Shown piece after piece: positions 25,915 through 38,810 of a DNA stretch of 51,066 nt. Origin of the DNA: Chiloscyllium plagiosum. Lineage: Eukaryota. The stretch covers positions 50,533,754 to 50,584,819 of the forward strand of contig NC_057718.1 in assembly GCF_004010195.1 (NCBI RefSeq). Direction: 5' to 3'. The notes under the pieces are model-generated. The model was not told where the DNA came from, ran no database searches, and saw nothing but the letters and a program-made list of their open reading frames with translations. Position 1 is the first letter of the stretch; each line of letters opens with the position of its first letter. The translations under genes and the position numbers were made by a program.

Positions 25915-26410
25915 GCCTGTCAAACTCTATAAAGAGCTAGTCAGGATTGTGATGGAATGCTGTCCACTTGCTGCAAGGAGTGCATCTCAAGTGACACTCA
26001 AGAATTTCAACATCATTAGATCCTAAACAGTCTGCTTGATCAGCACCCTTCCATCACCATCAACAACCACCCCTGCACTATTGATCCACAATAGGAGCAC
26101 AGTATGATATTCATTACATATACTGCAGAGACTCATCAAAGTTCATTCAACAGTACCTTGAAGGACAAGGAGAGCGGATAAATGGATGTCTATTACCAAC
26201 AAGATAACCTTCAAATCACAAACATCTTCACTTGGAATTATATCAGCTATTCCTTCAGTGTCACTGGATCAAAATCACAAAATTACCTTCCTAATAGCAC
26301 AGCAGCTGTCCCCAGACAAACCCCTCTCAGTGCTTCAAAAAGATGGTTCATCATCACCTTTCAAAGGGAATTCGGGATAGGCAATAAATGTTGGACTAGC
26401 AAGTAAAGCC
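25915..26410 (+). mobile_element. LINE family A 3' fragment
   Basis: Collinear with 2320-3000 and 39235-39735. Confidence 0.7.
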
Positions 26411-27498
26411 TAGACCCTTTAAAGAATAATACAAAGAAATATTAAGCAGAATTGGTCATGAAACAAGAGATCTGTGGGATACAAGAGGAATAACACAAGT
26501 ATTTTCAATGGTGTTAGTCCCAGTGCTGGCCACAGTTTCAGTCATTGCTGCTATGACGACAGCAAGTAATTGTATGGTTTCAGCACCAAATCTTGGAATT
26601 CCAGTTGAATATGTTAGTCAATAGTTTTAGATTTGTGTTTACTGCTGCCGGTTCTATCCGGTGCCGAAGGTCCATGGCATGTTTGCCATTATTTACACAA
26701 TGATACTTCTGAGCTCAGGTCTGGTACCCCTTGACAAAAAACACAGACTGTTCCCTCAGCGCACTCACTAATCTTTGAGGATGTAGATGTGTGAGTAATG
26801 CTGAGGCCCACAAATACTAACCTCAATATTTTCAATCACAAAACCAGATAGAAAAGCACATTGCATAGATTTGATTTTATTATCTCCTTACAGCAGTGGA
26901 AGCACTTCTGAAAAATACCACCACTCTGTTTTGTATTTATGTAATTGAGGGCTCTTCAACAGATGGCTCTAGAGTTTACTCTCACTCTGTGATAGACTGC
27001 AGTGCACACACCCGTGCAACTGGAATAACACTGTTTTGGCTGGAGGACACTCTTTACTTTCCACTCATTTCCACATATTTTGCAAGGACTCAATTAGCTC
27101 CTGCAGACAATCCTGTTCCGATAACAATCTTTGTTTAGAAACAAGCCTTTAAGTTCACAGCACTAAACATTTGGTAAGGCCTGGCAATGGACACAGGAAT
27201 CATGATGTATGACTAACACCTATTCATTGGAAGTCATGTCGGTTGTACAGAGCCATCATGCTGATTTTGTATTCCAATGACAGTGCCATGTAGTCTGGTA
27301 CTAAGTGCACTGCTGAGAAGATGTATGTTCAACAGAAGGCTTAGGCTTATGTGAGTCACATTAATTATATTTGTTTTGTGTTTCGAAAGTCAATTTGAAC
27401 TTCTTAATTGGTACGTGCATTCAGGCAGAGCACTTCATTTGACTGCCTGGGAAACAAATATGGCAGAATCTTTCCATTACTATACAGGATTGGGCTGA

Positions 27499-27805
27499 GG
27501 GGAGGTGATAGCCTCGTGGTGATATCACTGGACTGTTAATCCAGAGACCCAGGTGAAGTTCTAGGGAGCCGGTTCAAATCCCGCCATGGTAGATGGCAGA
27601 TTTTGAATTCAATAAAAATCTCGAATTAAAAGCCTAATGATGACCAGGAAACCATTGTTGATTGTTGGAAAAACCCATCTGGCTCCTAATGGCCTTTGGG
27701 GAAGGAAACTGCTATCTAACTTGCCAAGTGAATCCAGACCACAGCAATGTAGTTGACTCTGAACTGACCTCTGAGATGGGGAATAAATGCTGGCTCACCT
27801 GCCCA
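27499..27805 (+). mobile_element. tRNA-derived SINE (family B)
   Basis: Head GGGGAGGTGATAGCCTCGTGG, B-box GGTTCAAATCCC and tail GATGGGGAATAAATGCTGGC. Confidence 0.85.
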
Positions 27806-28349
27806 GTAGCAATCAGTAGCCAATTTAAATGATCAATTACTGATTGGAAATACTCTATGAATCTTGCTTTGTGGGTATTCAGAGATGACCTGTCAGAGAC
27901 TGTCCAAGCGGACCTGTGAGGCCTAGGATTTTTACTCACCCTTTTACCCCAACTAGAGTTGTCGTGACTTACAGGTAAAATACTGCTGTCTTTATAATTT
28001 GAATGTGCTAAAGGGTATTTAATTGATTATTACAAATAATATTCTGCCATGTAGATTTCAAGAAAAGAGGGTGTTTCTTATATATACTAAGGATTTTCAC
28101 ATATATATAAAAAAAATCAGAGGGTCTTCCAGAACAATGACTTTATCGAGCGTTTGTCATAATGCAGGTGACTATAGCCTCCTGTGGTATTAATGAAAAG
28201 GGATTTATTTTGTTGGATTAATGACAGTTAAGGTAAATATTTAAGGTCATTAGCTTAGTTCTCTGTTCAAAACAATCAGTTCAGTAAATTCCTTCATTGA
28301 ATCCAGCGGTGGAGCACCTGAGATGATGCCAGGATTCAAATCATGAATA

Positions 28350-28482
28350 AAAATAAACAACCGCAGATCTGGAAATCTGAAACAAAATCAGAAATTCCTG
28401 GAAGATCTCAGCAGGTCTAGCAACATCTTTGGAGAGAAAGCAGACCAGTGACTTTTCTTCAGAATCCTTCTGATTTTGTTTT
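28350..28482. mobile_element. Internally deleted fold-back PLE end (family 4)
   Basis: AAACAAAATCAGAA...TTCTGATTTTGTTT inverted arms, with a residual CTGAAGA on the minus strand at ~28457-28463. Confidence 0.6.
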
Positions 28483-28489
28483 AAAAAAA

Positions 28490-28865
28490 TGAGAGGTTGC
28501 AAGAGGAAGCAGCTAATTGAGTGAGTAAGTTCAAGTGAGTATCTATACTAATTTAATCACTTACAGTTTGTTAGGTGTTTATTTTGGGTTTATTGTTTGT
28601 AAAGGCAATAGTGCAGTGATTCAGAGAAGAAGGGCTCTGGAGTAAATAATATTATTTGATTTGCAGAGCAATCTAAGGGTTAATTAATGGAAAGAGAGCT
28701 CTCAGGGTGATGGTGTACATCTCCCACTCTTTGTGGGAAGCTGGGCACAGTTCCAGTGTCTGGGATCAGCATGTGTGCAGAAAGTGTACCCAGCTGCTGC
28801 ACCTGGAAGTCGAGGTTTTGGAGACAAAGTGGTAGCTGGGATCACTGTGGAGCATCCGCAAGGCA
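28490..28865 (+). mobile_element. CR1 5' end: 5' UTR and ORF1 N-terminal zinc finger/leucine zipper, decayed
   Basis: Translates LWE...HVCRKCTQLLHLEVEVLE...LWSIR, matching the recalled CR1 ORF1 pattern MWE..H.C.KC.QL..L..RV.ELE. Confidence 0.7.
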
Positions 28866-29232
28866 CCCATTTGACCTATACTATTTGGCCCTGTATACCT
28901 TCATGCCTGGTATATGTTATTCCCTGGTATACCTTAATGAAGGACTTGTGGAATTAAAACTTGTTTGCCTTTAAAAAAAATCCATTCCTGCAGAGTCTTG
29001 GTTCATTTCTGAGAGGCTAGAAGGAACAGGCTTGCTTGGATACCTTTTGAACATGTTCTGGCCACCTCTGATGATGATCTTTTTGACTTGTTGCAGATGG
29101 CCATCATCTGACATAAATTGCTGAATGTGTTTTGCTTGGTTGTGACCAAAATGAATCACAATGATGTGGAGACTGTCCTCTAATGCAGATATGACAATAT
29201 CCACTTTAAGTTTAAAAGAATATCTTTCTTTG

Positions 29233-30899
29233 CACAGTGGTAGTTTAGCACACCGACCTCTCCACTGCTGAAGCCAGGAGCCAACTCACGGACACCTCCT
29301 CCTACTGCCCCCTTGACCATGACTTCACCATCCATCACCAAACCATCATCTCCCACACAATCCACAACCTCATCACCTCAGGGACCTCCCATCCACAGCC
29401 TCCAATCCTGCACGCCCAGTTCTACCTCTTACCCAAATTCACAAATCTGGCTGCCCTGGTCAACCAATCATCTTACCTGCTCCTGCCCCACTGAGTTTAT
29501 TTCCTTATATATCAAAACAGTACAGTCCCGCTTGGCCCAGGAACCACCCACATACATTCGGAACACCATCCTCTCCTTCCTTGGACTTCCAACTCCACCT
29601 CCAGCGACTGACTCAACATGGACATCTAAATTCACTGGCTGTCACAGCTATCTTGACTACACCTTCTCCCAACTCCTCCTAACCACCTCCTGTAAAAATG
29701 CGATCCCTTGCTCCCATTTCCTCCGTCTCCACTGTATCTACTCCCAGGAGGAACAATTTCACTCCAGGACATTCCAGATGGCCTCCTATTTCAGGAACAA
29801 AATCTCCCCTTCCACGTGATCAACAATGTCCTCCAGCGCATCTCCTCCTCTTCCCGTACCACCATCTGTGAACCCCACCCCCCCAACCGCAACAGGGATA
29901 GAACCCCCCGGTCCTCACCTTCCACCCCACTAATTTCCAGCTACAGAACCCTATCCTCCGCCATTTCCACCACCTACAATCAGACCCCACCACCAGAGAT
30001 ATATTTCCCTCCCCACGCCTATCTGCATTCTGCAGACATCATTCCCTGCGTGACTCCCATATTAGGTCCACGACTCCCCCCTCCCCCCCCTTACACACAC
30101 ACACACACACACCAACCCACCCTCCACTCCTGGCACCTTCCCTTGCTGCCACTAGAGGTGTAAACCTGCATCTACACCTTCCCCCTCACCTCCATCCAAG
30201 GCCCCAAAGAATCTTTTCACATCCGGCAGAGATTTTCTTGCACATCCAATACCTCATCTACTGTGTCCGTTGTTCTCGATGTGGTCTCCTCTGCATTGGG
30301 GAGACAGGACATCAACTTGCGGAACATTTCAGGGAACATCTCTGGGACATATGCATGAAACAGTCCCACTGCCAAGTGGCTGACCAGTTCAACTTCCCCT
30401 CCCACTCCCCCAAGAACATATAAGTCCTGGGCTTCCTCCAATGCTAAATCCTAGTCTCCCGACAACTGGAGGAAGAACACCTCATTTTCCACATTGGGAC
30501 CCTCCAACCACACAGCATCAATGTTGACTTCACTAGTTTTCTTATCTCCCCTCCCTCCCCTCTCCTCATCCCAGATCCAACCCTCCAACTCGGCACCCCC
30601 CTGTTGACTTATCCTATCTGTCCATCTTCCTTCCCACCTATCCATTCCACCCTCCCCTCTGACCTATCATCTCTCCTGCCTTCACCCACCTATTGCATTC
30701 CCAGCTACCTTCCTCCAGCTCCAGACTTCTATTTATCTTTCAGCCCCCTTTCAGCCCAGCCCCCCAATATTCCTGATGAAGGCCTTATTCCCTAAACGTT
30801 GATTCTCCTGCTCTTCAGATGCTGTCTGCCCTGCTGTGCTTTTCCAGCACCACACTTTTCAACTCCGATCTCCAGCATCTGCAGTCCTCAATTTCTTCC
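29233..30899 (+). mobile_element. Penelope-like element (family 1), internally deleted, with 14-bp TSD
   Basis: AATATCTTTCTTTG at 29219-29232 and 30900-30913. It has the GIY-YIG peptide YLIYCVRCSRCGLLCIGETG and a degenerate hammerhead (CTGATGA at 30773). Confidence 0.93.
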
Positions 30900-31327
30900 A
30901 ATATCTTTCTTTGTAGTGCGATACAGAAATTTGCTAATGCATCAGAGTAGAACATTTCTTCCAAACTAAAATGGCAAAATAAACCTCAAGCTGAACAAAG
31001 ACCAAGGCAAGGCAAAGAGCCAGTTTGGATACTGCAAAAAGCGGGGATACCTGTTCTGAATAGATTGGATCACTTCATTCTTGGAGAACTGGTTGTGAAC
31101 TTCAGTTCTTCATGCAGATAGATGATTATTGACAATCAAGAAATGTTGTCTCAACTGCCACATATGTTATAACCTCTTAGCATCAGCTAGTTACCATCAT
31201 GATTGTTTTATCGGTAAAACACTATGGCAGCTTATAGTATTTATCTTAATGACTGCATTCTTGTTGAGCCAAATGTCTTGAAGTTTATTTACAACACTGT
31301 GACCATGCAGCTCCTTTAACAAGATTA

Positions 31328-31925
31328 TGTTGTCCCTGTTTTTATTTCAAAAGGGATTCTAAACAGCAGAGATTCCAGTATGTCTGGAAATATCTATTTA
31401 AAAGGCTTTGAGTTTTTTTTAAACACTTGTACAATGAAAGGGGAATGGCCAATTCTCCTCATTCAGGGTTTTGATTCATTGGGTTTGGTTTTAGCAAGCA
31501 GATTGTTTGAAGCTGCTGGTCAAGGTTTTAATTGGGACCCCAGAGAAGCTGCTGGACCCAAAGAAATAGCTCCATTCTGATTTCCTCTCTCTCTGCTATC
31601 TCTCTCTCGTAAGAATCTGTGTTTGATTTTACCTTTTTTGCCAAGGGGTGTTTATGGGAATATTGCAAGTAATTGACACAGCATCGTTAGCCGTAGAGTT
31701 GATTGAGTTTTCAGATAGGTTAAGTTATTCTAAATTTGGTTTTCTTTTGTTTGTATTTCACTCTGTAGTGTGTAAATAAATGCTGTTATGTTTAAAATGG
31801 AGTGGATGGGCCATTTGCATCACTCCTGGAATATCTACTCCACACCTGCTTAAAACAGCTAACAAACTTAGAGTCTGGGCTACTTCTTTGTAATATTTTG
31901 AGGGAGTCTAGCCTGGTGCATAATA
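31328..31925 (+). mobile_element. Probable old solo LTR
   Basis: Starts TGTT, has a CT-rich tract and AATAAA at ~31775, and ends GCCTGGTGCATAATA, resembling a recalled shark LTR terminus. No TSD was found. Confidence 0.45.
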
Positions 31926-32599
31926 CTACTTACACTGCTCCAAGATCTCAGACATAAAACAATTTGGGTTCTGCGCTTACTGGTTACATTGTTCAAAGAT
32001 GCAGTGACTGTAGCAGATGGCTACTATTATCACCACTACTGAAGCTGAGGTGGGTACCTTTATATTGGAATCTTTATACAAGTCATGATGCCAACTGTCT
32101 TAAAAATACGATCCGATATGGTGCATTTGTGAAAATACAAAAAGAGTCATATTAATGATTGGGTCACATTGGAATCCTGTGGGGAGTTTTCTATCCCCGC
32201 TGTTGGCTACCAATTTTGAGCATTCTGTTTTAAAAAATACATATCAGAACTGTTTAAAGAGTGCTTAAAGTGAAGATGTTGTTGTGCCCTGTTAGAGTGG
32301 CATTACCCACTGTGGGACTGCCATCCTACCAAGGCTGCAGGCTCCCTGATATCCACTCACCACCCTTCATTAATTGATTGACAAATGTGGAGGTAGCCAC
32401 ATAGGTGGTTGCCTTTGAGAAGGTCACAACTCTGATCACTTCTTCATTGGTCTGTTACTCTTAAGTATTTAATCTTGACCTGGAAATGGCCCTCATCTTT
32501 CTATTATTTTCCAGGGGTCAAAAATAGGAGAGAAAAAAAACAAGTAATAGATCAGGGGTGGAATGAAAGGGCATTCTGTGTTAGACTGTGACTTTTTTT

Positions 32600-32940
32600 T
32601 AGATTAGATTAGATTAGATTACATTACAGTATGGAAACAGGCCCTTCGGCCCAACAAGTCCACACCGACCCGCCGAAGCACAACCCACCCATACCCCTAC
32701 ATTTACCCCTATACCTAACACTATGGGCAATTTAGCATGGCCAATTCACCTGACCTGCACATCTTTGGACTGTGGGAGGAAACCGGAGCACCCGGAGGAA
32801 ACCCACGCAGACACGGAGAGAACGTGCAAACTCCACACAGTCAGTCGCCTGAGTCGGGAATTGAACCCGGGTCTCTGGCGCTGCGAGGCAGCAGTGCTAA
32901 CCACTGTGCCACCGTGCCGCCCACTACCACCGTGCCGCCC
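32600..32940 (-). mobile_element. HE1 SINE, young, with duplicated 5' end
   Basis: Near-identical to 14990-15307 with an (AGATT)n tail. CCACCGTGCCGCCCACT occurs at 32909-32925 and 32927-32943. Confidence 0.95.
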
Positions 32941-32944
32941 ACTT

Positions 32945-33365
32945 TATATTTGTTATTCAGATATTATTTCAATGGAGGCAGTTCAGAAGAGGTTCTCTAG
33001 GATGATCCCCCATTTGGAGGGATTATTTTATGAGCAAAGGTTAAATGGTTGGGATTCTACTCACTACAGTTTAGAGAAATGAGAAGTGATCTCATTGAAA
33101 TCTATCAGATTTTTAAGGAATTTGACAGGATAAATGCAGAGATAATGGTTCCCCTCATGGGAGAGTCGATAGTCTCAGAATAAAAGGGCATAAATTTAAA
33201 ACTGAGATGAGGAGGAATGTCTTCTTTCAGAAGTTTGAGAGTGTTTGGAGTGTCTTGTCAAGAGAGCTGTGTGGGAAGATTGCTTGTGTATATTTAAGGC
33301 TGAGGTTGATAGATTCTTGTTGGGCTGAAGGTCCTGTTTCCACACTGTAATGAATCTAAATCTAA
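32945..33365 (+). mobile_element. CR1 3' fragments
   Basis: SMEAVQKRFSRMIPHLEGLFYEQRL. Confidence 0.8.
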
Positions 33366-33831
33366 TTATAATCAGTGTTCACTTAATTAATTTGAATTTA
33401 AGAATAAAGTTAAAATTTAGTAGCAAACACGAACAGTACTGGATGGTTGTGATTTGTTTTCAACAAATTACAGTCTGGCATATACAGAGATTAAGTTGAT
33501 TAAAACCTTAAGATTAATTCTCAATAAAACAACACGCACAAAGGTAGTGGCTGATTGCTGAGGAGCTGGTGATTCATTAATGGTTTAAGTCTTAAATTTC
33601 TTTATGCTAAGTCCTCATGAATGTAAAACAGGTCAGGGCATCTCAATCTGTGCAGCATGTATCCTGTTCCATTTGGCAACTTTACGGTTCTTCTGTCTTG
33701 GACAACCATTTTCAAAGGAGTGTGAAATGATACTTTTTGGCAGGGGATAGCAATAAGGCAATATAAAGCAACAGATACAATTCTAAATGTGATGCTTGAA
33801 CAGAGGGACCCAAAGACGGTGGGATTAGATA

Positions 33832-36300
33832 AGGAACAAAGAACAAAGAAAATTTACAGCCCAGGAACAGGCCCTTCAGCCTTCCAAGCCTGAGCTGATC
33901 CAAATGTACTGTCTAAACTTGTTGGTTAATTCCTAAGCATCTGTTTCCCTCTACTCCCCACCTACTCATGCATTTCTCCAGATGCATCTTAAATGAATCT
34001 ACCGTGCCTTACTCTACCACCTCTGCTGGCAACACGTTCCAACCGCCCACCACCCTCTGTGTGAAGTACTTGCCGCGTGTATCCGCCTTAAACTTTCCAC
34101 CTCTCACCTTGAAAGTGTGACCTCTCATTACTGAATCCTTCACCCTGGGAAAAAGCTTGTCTCTATCTACCCTGTCTATACCCTTCATGATTTTATAAAC
34201 CTCAATCAGGTCTTCCCTCAATCTCCTTTTTTCTAATAAAAATAAACCTAACCTACTCAACCTCTCTTCATAGCTAGCACCTTCCATACCAGGCAACATC
34301 TTCGTAAACCTTCCCTGCAACCTCTCCAAAGCGTCCACATCCTTTTGGTAATGTGGCGACCAGAACTGTACACAGTATTCTAAATGCAGCTGAACTAATG
34401 TCTTGTACAATTTTAACATGACATGTCAGCTCTTATACTCAATACCCCATCTAATGAAGGCAAGCATACTATATGTCGTCTTGACCACTCTATCCAACTG
34501 TGCAGCAACCTTCAGGGTACAATGGACCTGGACTCACAGATCTCTCTGCCCATCAACTTTTCCCAAGGCTCTTCCATTCATTGTATAATTCGCTCTAGAA
34601 TTAGTCTTGCCTAAATGCATCACATCACATTTGTCTGGATTGAAAACCATCTGCCACTTTTCCACCCAACTCTCCAGTCTATGTATATCCTTCAGTATTC
34701 TCTGACAGTTCCATGCTTTCTGTTACTCCACCAATCTTCGTGTCGTCTGCAAACTTGCTGATCATACCAACAGTGCCCTCTTGCAGATCATTTATGTATA
34801 TCATAAAACAACAGTGGCCCCAATACTGACCCCTGTGGAACACCACTGGTCACCTTTCTCCATTTTGAGAAACTCCCTTCAACTACTACTCTCTGTCTCC
34901 TGTTGCTCAACCAGTTCTTTATCCTCCGAGGTAGAACACCCTGCACAGCATGTGGCTTCACTTTCTCCATTAGTCTACCATGGGAAACCTTATCAAATGC
35001 CTTACTAAAGTCCATGTATATGACATCAACAGCCCTTCCTTCATCTATCAACTTGGTCACTTCCTCAAAGAACTCTATTAAGTTGGTATGGCATGATATC
35101 TCCTGCACAAAGCCATGTTGCCTATCACTGATAAGCCCATTCTTTTCTAAACATAAATAGATCCTATCCCTCAGTATCTTCTCCAGCAATTTTACCACCA
35201 CCGCCATCAGGCTCACTGGTCTGTAGTTACCTGGAATAATCTTCTATCTCTATTCTCAACATTCAGCATGTTCCTCTCCTCAGTGAACACTGACGCAAAG
35301 TAATCATTCAGAATCTCACCCATTCTCTCAGGTTCGACACACAGCCTTCCTTCATTATCCTTTAGTGGACCAATCATTTCTCTAGTTACCCACTTGCTTC
35401 TTATATAAGAATAAAATGCTTTGGGATTCTTGTTAATTCTGCCCACTAAAGCTATTTCATGACCCCTTCTAGCCCACTTGATTCCTCAATTAAGACTTGT
35501 CCTACTCTTCAGATATTCCTCCAGGGCCCATTCTGTTCTTAGTTGCCTAGACCTTATGTATGCTTCCCTTTTCCTCTTGGTTAGTCGTACAATTTCTCCT
35601 GTCATCCACAGTTCACAAATCTTGCCTTTCCTATCCTTTGCCTCCAACAGGACATGCCTATCCTGCACTATCTTTAACCTGTCTTTGATCATCTCAAATG
35701 TGGACTTCCCTTCAAATAGCTGTGTCCAATCCACATTTCCGAGCTCCTGCCTAATTTTGATATAATTGACCTTGACCCAGTTTAGTACTCTTCCCTTAAG
35801 ACCACTGTCATCTTTATCTACGAGTATTCTAAAACTTACAGAATTGTGGTCACTGTTCCCAAAGAAATCGCCCACCGCAACTTCTACCACCTGTCATGGC
35901 TCTTTCCCCAGTACCAGGTACAATATGGCCCCTTCCCTCATTGGACTATTGACATACTGCTCAAGAAAACTCTCCTGGACACTTCTTACAAATTCTAACC
36001 CATCCAGACCTCTGACGTTAAGTGTATCCCAGTCAATGTTGGGGAAAATTAAAATCTCCCATCACCATTACCATATTGCCTCTATATCTTTCCATAATCT
36101 GTTTACCTATTTGTTCTTCTATCTTTTTCAGTAGGAAAACTTACCCTTCCTTGCTTCACTCCCCCTTCTCTCCTTGCCGCTCTGTCAAAATTGAGGCCCT
36201 ACTCCCAAAGTATGTCCCTTTTTCAGTGGGAAAACTTACCCTTCCCGGCAGCTCTCACTTCACTCCACCTTCTCTCCTCACCGCTCTGTCAAAATTGAGT
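33832..36300 (-). mobile_element. Relatively young CR1 LINE with disrupted ORF2 and a repeated 5' block joined directly to the endonuclease region
   Basis: ORFs 35486-35890 (FGNSDHNS), 34788-35216 (VIYMDFSKAFDKV, GVPQGSVLGPLLF) and 34009-34419 (LEYCVQFWSP). The tail is a GAACAAA repeat. Confidence 0.95.
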
Positions 36301-37140
36301 CATTTGATGAGTCAGTTGGGATCCTGAGCTTTGCAATCAAAGGCATGGAGGACAAAATCCTCAGCAGGAGAATAGCATCCAGTTCTGGGAAGCATTCTTT
36401 AGGAAAGATGTAGTATCAGTAGAGACGGTGCAGAAAACATTTAGGTATATACAAAAAAGTTGAGGCTCTTTTGTTCAGTGAAGCTTGGGATGAGATTTGC
36501 TTGTAGTATTCAAATTCATGAGAAGTCTGAATGGAAAAGATAGGAAGAATATTTAACTATTGGTGAAAGAAGCGCTAGCAAGTGGAGACCAAATTAATGG
36601 TGGGTGGCAAAAAAAAGCAAACATTTTAGAGTCTGGAATGTAATTACTGAGTCTGTGATAGGAGTAGATTTAGCTGTGCCTTTCAGAAGAAGATTGAAAA
36701 GACTTCCTGAAGATACAAAGATTTGCAGGGCTGTGGCAAAAATGTGGAGATATGGAACTCTGGAGTTCTTTTTGCAAGAACCTGACACTAATAGAATAGG
36801 ACAAATAACTGCCTTCTGTATTGTAACCATTTTGGTTTTATGCTTCTGTATGCTCCGGCTTACTGTCCTTACCTCTTCAGTTATACTGTCCTGTGAAATG
36901 ACTAGCATGATTCCTGAAATAAAGATAAGGCTTTGTATTGTCCAGAAACTTCTCCAGTTTTGATCTTCTCCATTTTCAGAATCTGCTAACTTCTTCTGCA
37001 AGCAGATGATTTGTGGTATACATGTTTGCAATAATATATGCAACAAATTATTCACCGCTGGAGACTAAAAGAGGATGTTGACTGAACAATTCAGTTGGTA
37101 TTTGTATCTGTGCAATGTTATAATATGGCTCTACATGCCA

Positions 37141-37498
37141 TGGTTGTAGGTATGTTTGCTGAAATGGGAAGTTGGTTTGCAGACGTTTTGTCCCTTTTCT
37201 AGGTGACATCCTCAGTGCTGAAAATGTGTTGCTGGAAAAGCGCAGGAGGTTAGGCAGCATCCAAAGAGCAGGAGAATCGATGTTTCGGGCATAAGCCCTT
37301 CTTCAGGAAGGGCTCTCCTGCTCCTTGGATGCTGCCTGACCTGCTGCGCTTTTCCAACAACACAGTTTCAGCTCTGATCTCCAGCATCTGCAGTCCTCAC
37401 TTTCTGCGAGAAGACATCCTCAGTGCTGTCTACCGACAACAATATACCTACAACAACTGTAACTGGCACCCGACCTACAAATATTTAGACAAACCTTG
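37141..37498. mobile_element. Fold-back PLE-end element (family 3) with 16-bp TSD, hosting a family 1 fold-back
   Basis: ATGGCTCTACATGCCA (37125-37140) and ATGGCTCGACATACCA (37499-37514) are 14/16 identical. Arms are GTTGTAGGTAT...ATACCTACAAC. Confidence 0.85.
37221..37412. mobile_element. Fold-back PLE-end element (family 1) with 16-bp direct repeat
   Basis: GACATCCTCAGTGCTG at 37205-37220 and 37413-37428. The hammerhead core is on the minus strand at 37277-37308. Confidence 0.9.
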
Positions 37499-38559
37499 AT
37501 GGCTCGACATACCAAATATTCTCTAGCCTGTACCTCTCACCACATGGTAATTTGTCAAATCATTAATATAATAGTTCAATATTAGAAAAATAGCAATTAG
37601 GAGGAATAAGCCACTCAGCCATTCAGGACTACTTCACTTTTCAGAATGATGATGGGGATCCTTTATCTCAATGCCATACTCTCACTTTTACCACATGCCT
37701 ATTAATGCCTTAAAAATTTAAAACAATTTTTGCATCCATTAAGTGGCTTTGCCTCCATAGATTTCTGTGATAGAGAATTCCATAGGTTCACTACCCTTTA
37801 AGTAAATGAATATTTTATTTTATTTTATTTTTGTTTATTTTAGTTAAAGATATACATTGTTCAATGTCTGTTTTTGGTCAACATTTAAAACTCAGTACTG
37901 CACACGTTACTTTAGCATGTTTTCCGCACTTTTTTCTGAAGTCTGCTGCAATCTTCAGACTGCTTAGTCCCAAAACCTGCTGAATTAGCGTGCCTCAAGG
38001 AAAGTAAGCACTTGCAACACACAATAGACTGTCCATTTCCTCACCAGGACAGAACACTTCCAGTGTTCCATCATCATAATGGGTCCTGTCCATTTATCTG
38101 GGAATGCTTTTTAAATCAAAGCTTTAACTGCTTCATGAAACCACTTGACTGTTGTTGTAGATGTGAATCAGTTCTGATGCTCTGTTGGACACCTGTAATT
38201 TAGACAGTATATCAGAATGCATTCGTTTAGCTAAAACCAATAAAATAAGGATTTAGCAAGCTAGAGAAAATTCTCCTGAAAATGTTTACCATTCCACAGT
38301 CAATCACTGGCATACTAAATGATCAATGTCTTCTAGATTTATAAACTAAATGGCTTCTTATATTTAAACTTACTGTTTGCTGCAATGCATTTTTCCATTA
38401 GTCTTTTTGTCCTCTGTTGGATATATAATTCACATTTTACAGCCTCTTCAATGACCTTACTCTTTCTATTTCCAGGAGTTAGCCCCAATGTCTTTAAGTT
38501 GCTTTTACTTCCCTGATTCTAAATCGTTTGATTGAAGTAGTATTTCACGAACTACCCAT

Positions 38560-38810
38560 ACATGGTATACAGTCCACCATGACTTCTGGACATCCTCATG
38601 TGTTTGATAATAATAGCTTACTTTCCTTTTGAAGTCTAATGACTGTAGTTACATAGAAAATAGGGGTCGACAATTTAAACACAGTAAGGTTCCACAAACA
38701 GCAATGTAACAACAGACAGGTAATCAGTTTTAACTTTTGGTTGAGGGCACATGGCAAACCTCCACCAGTTCTTCAAAATACTGTTGTGTGATCATTTATA
38801 TCCACTCATG
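38560..38810 (-). mobile_element. Ancient DeuSINE (SacSINE1-like) relic
   Basis: Minus-strand blocks TTTTGAAGAA, CCCTCAACCAA, CATTGCTGTTTGTGGAACCTTACTGTG, CTTCAAAAG and GGATGTCC lie in the order I recall for the SacSINE1 consensus. Confidence 0.55.
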
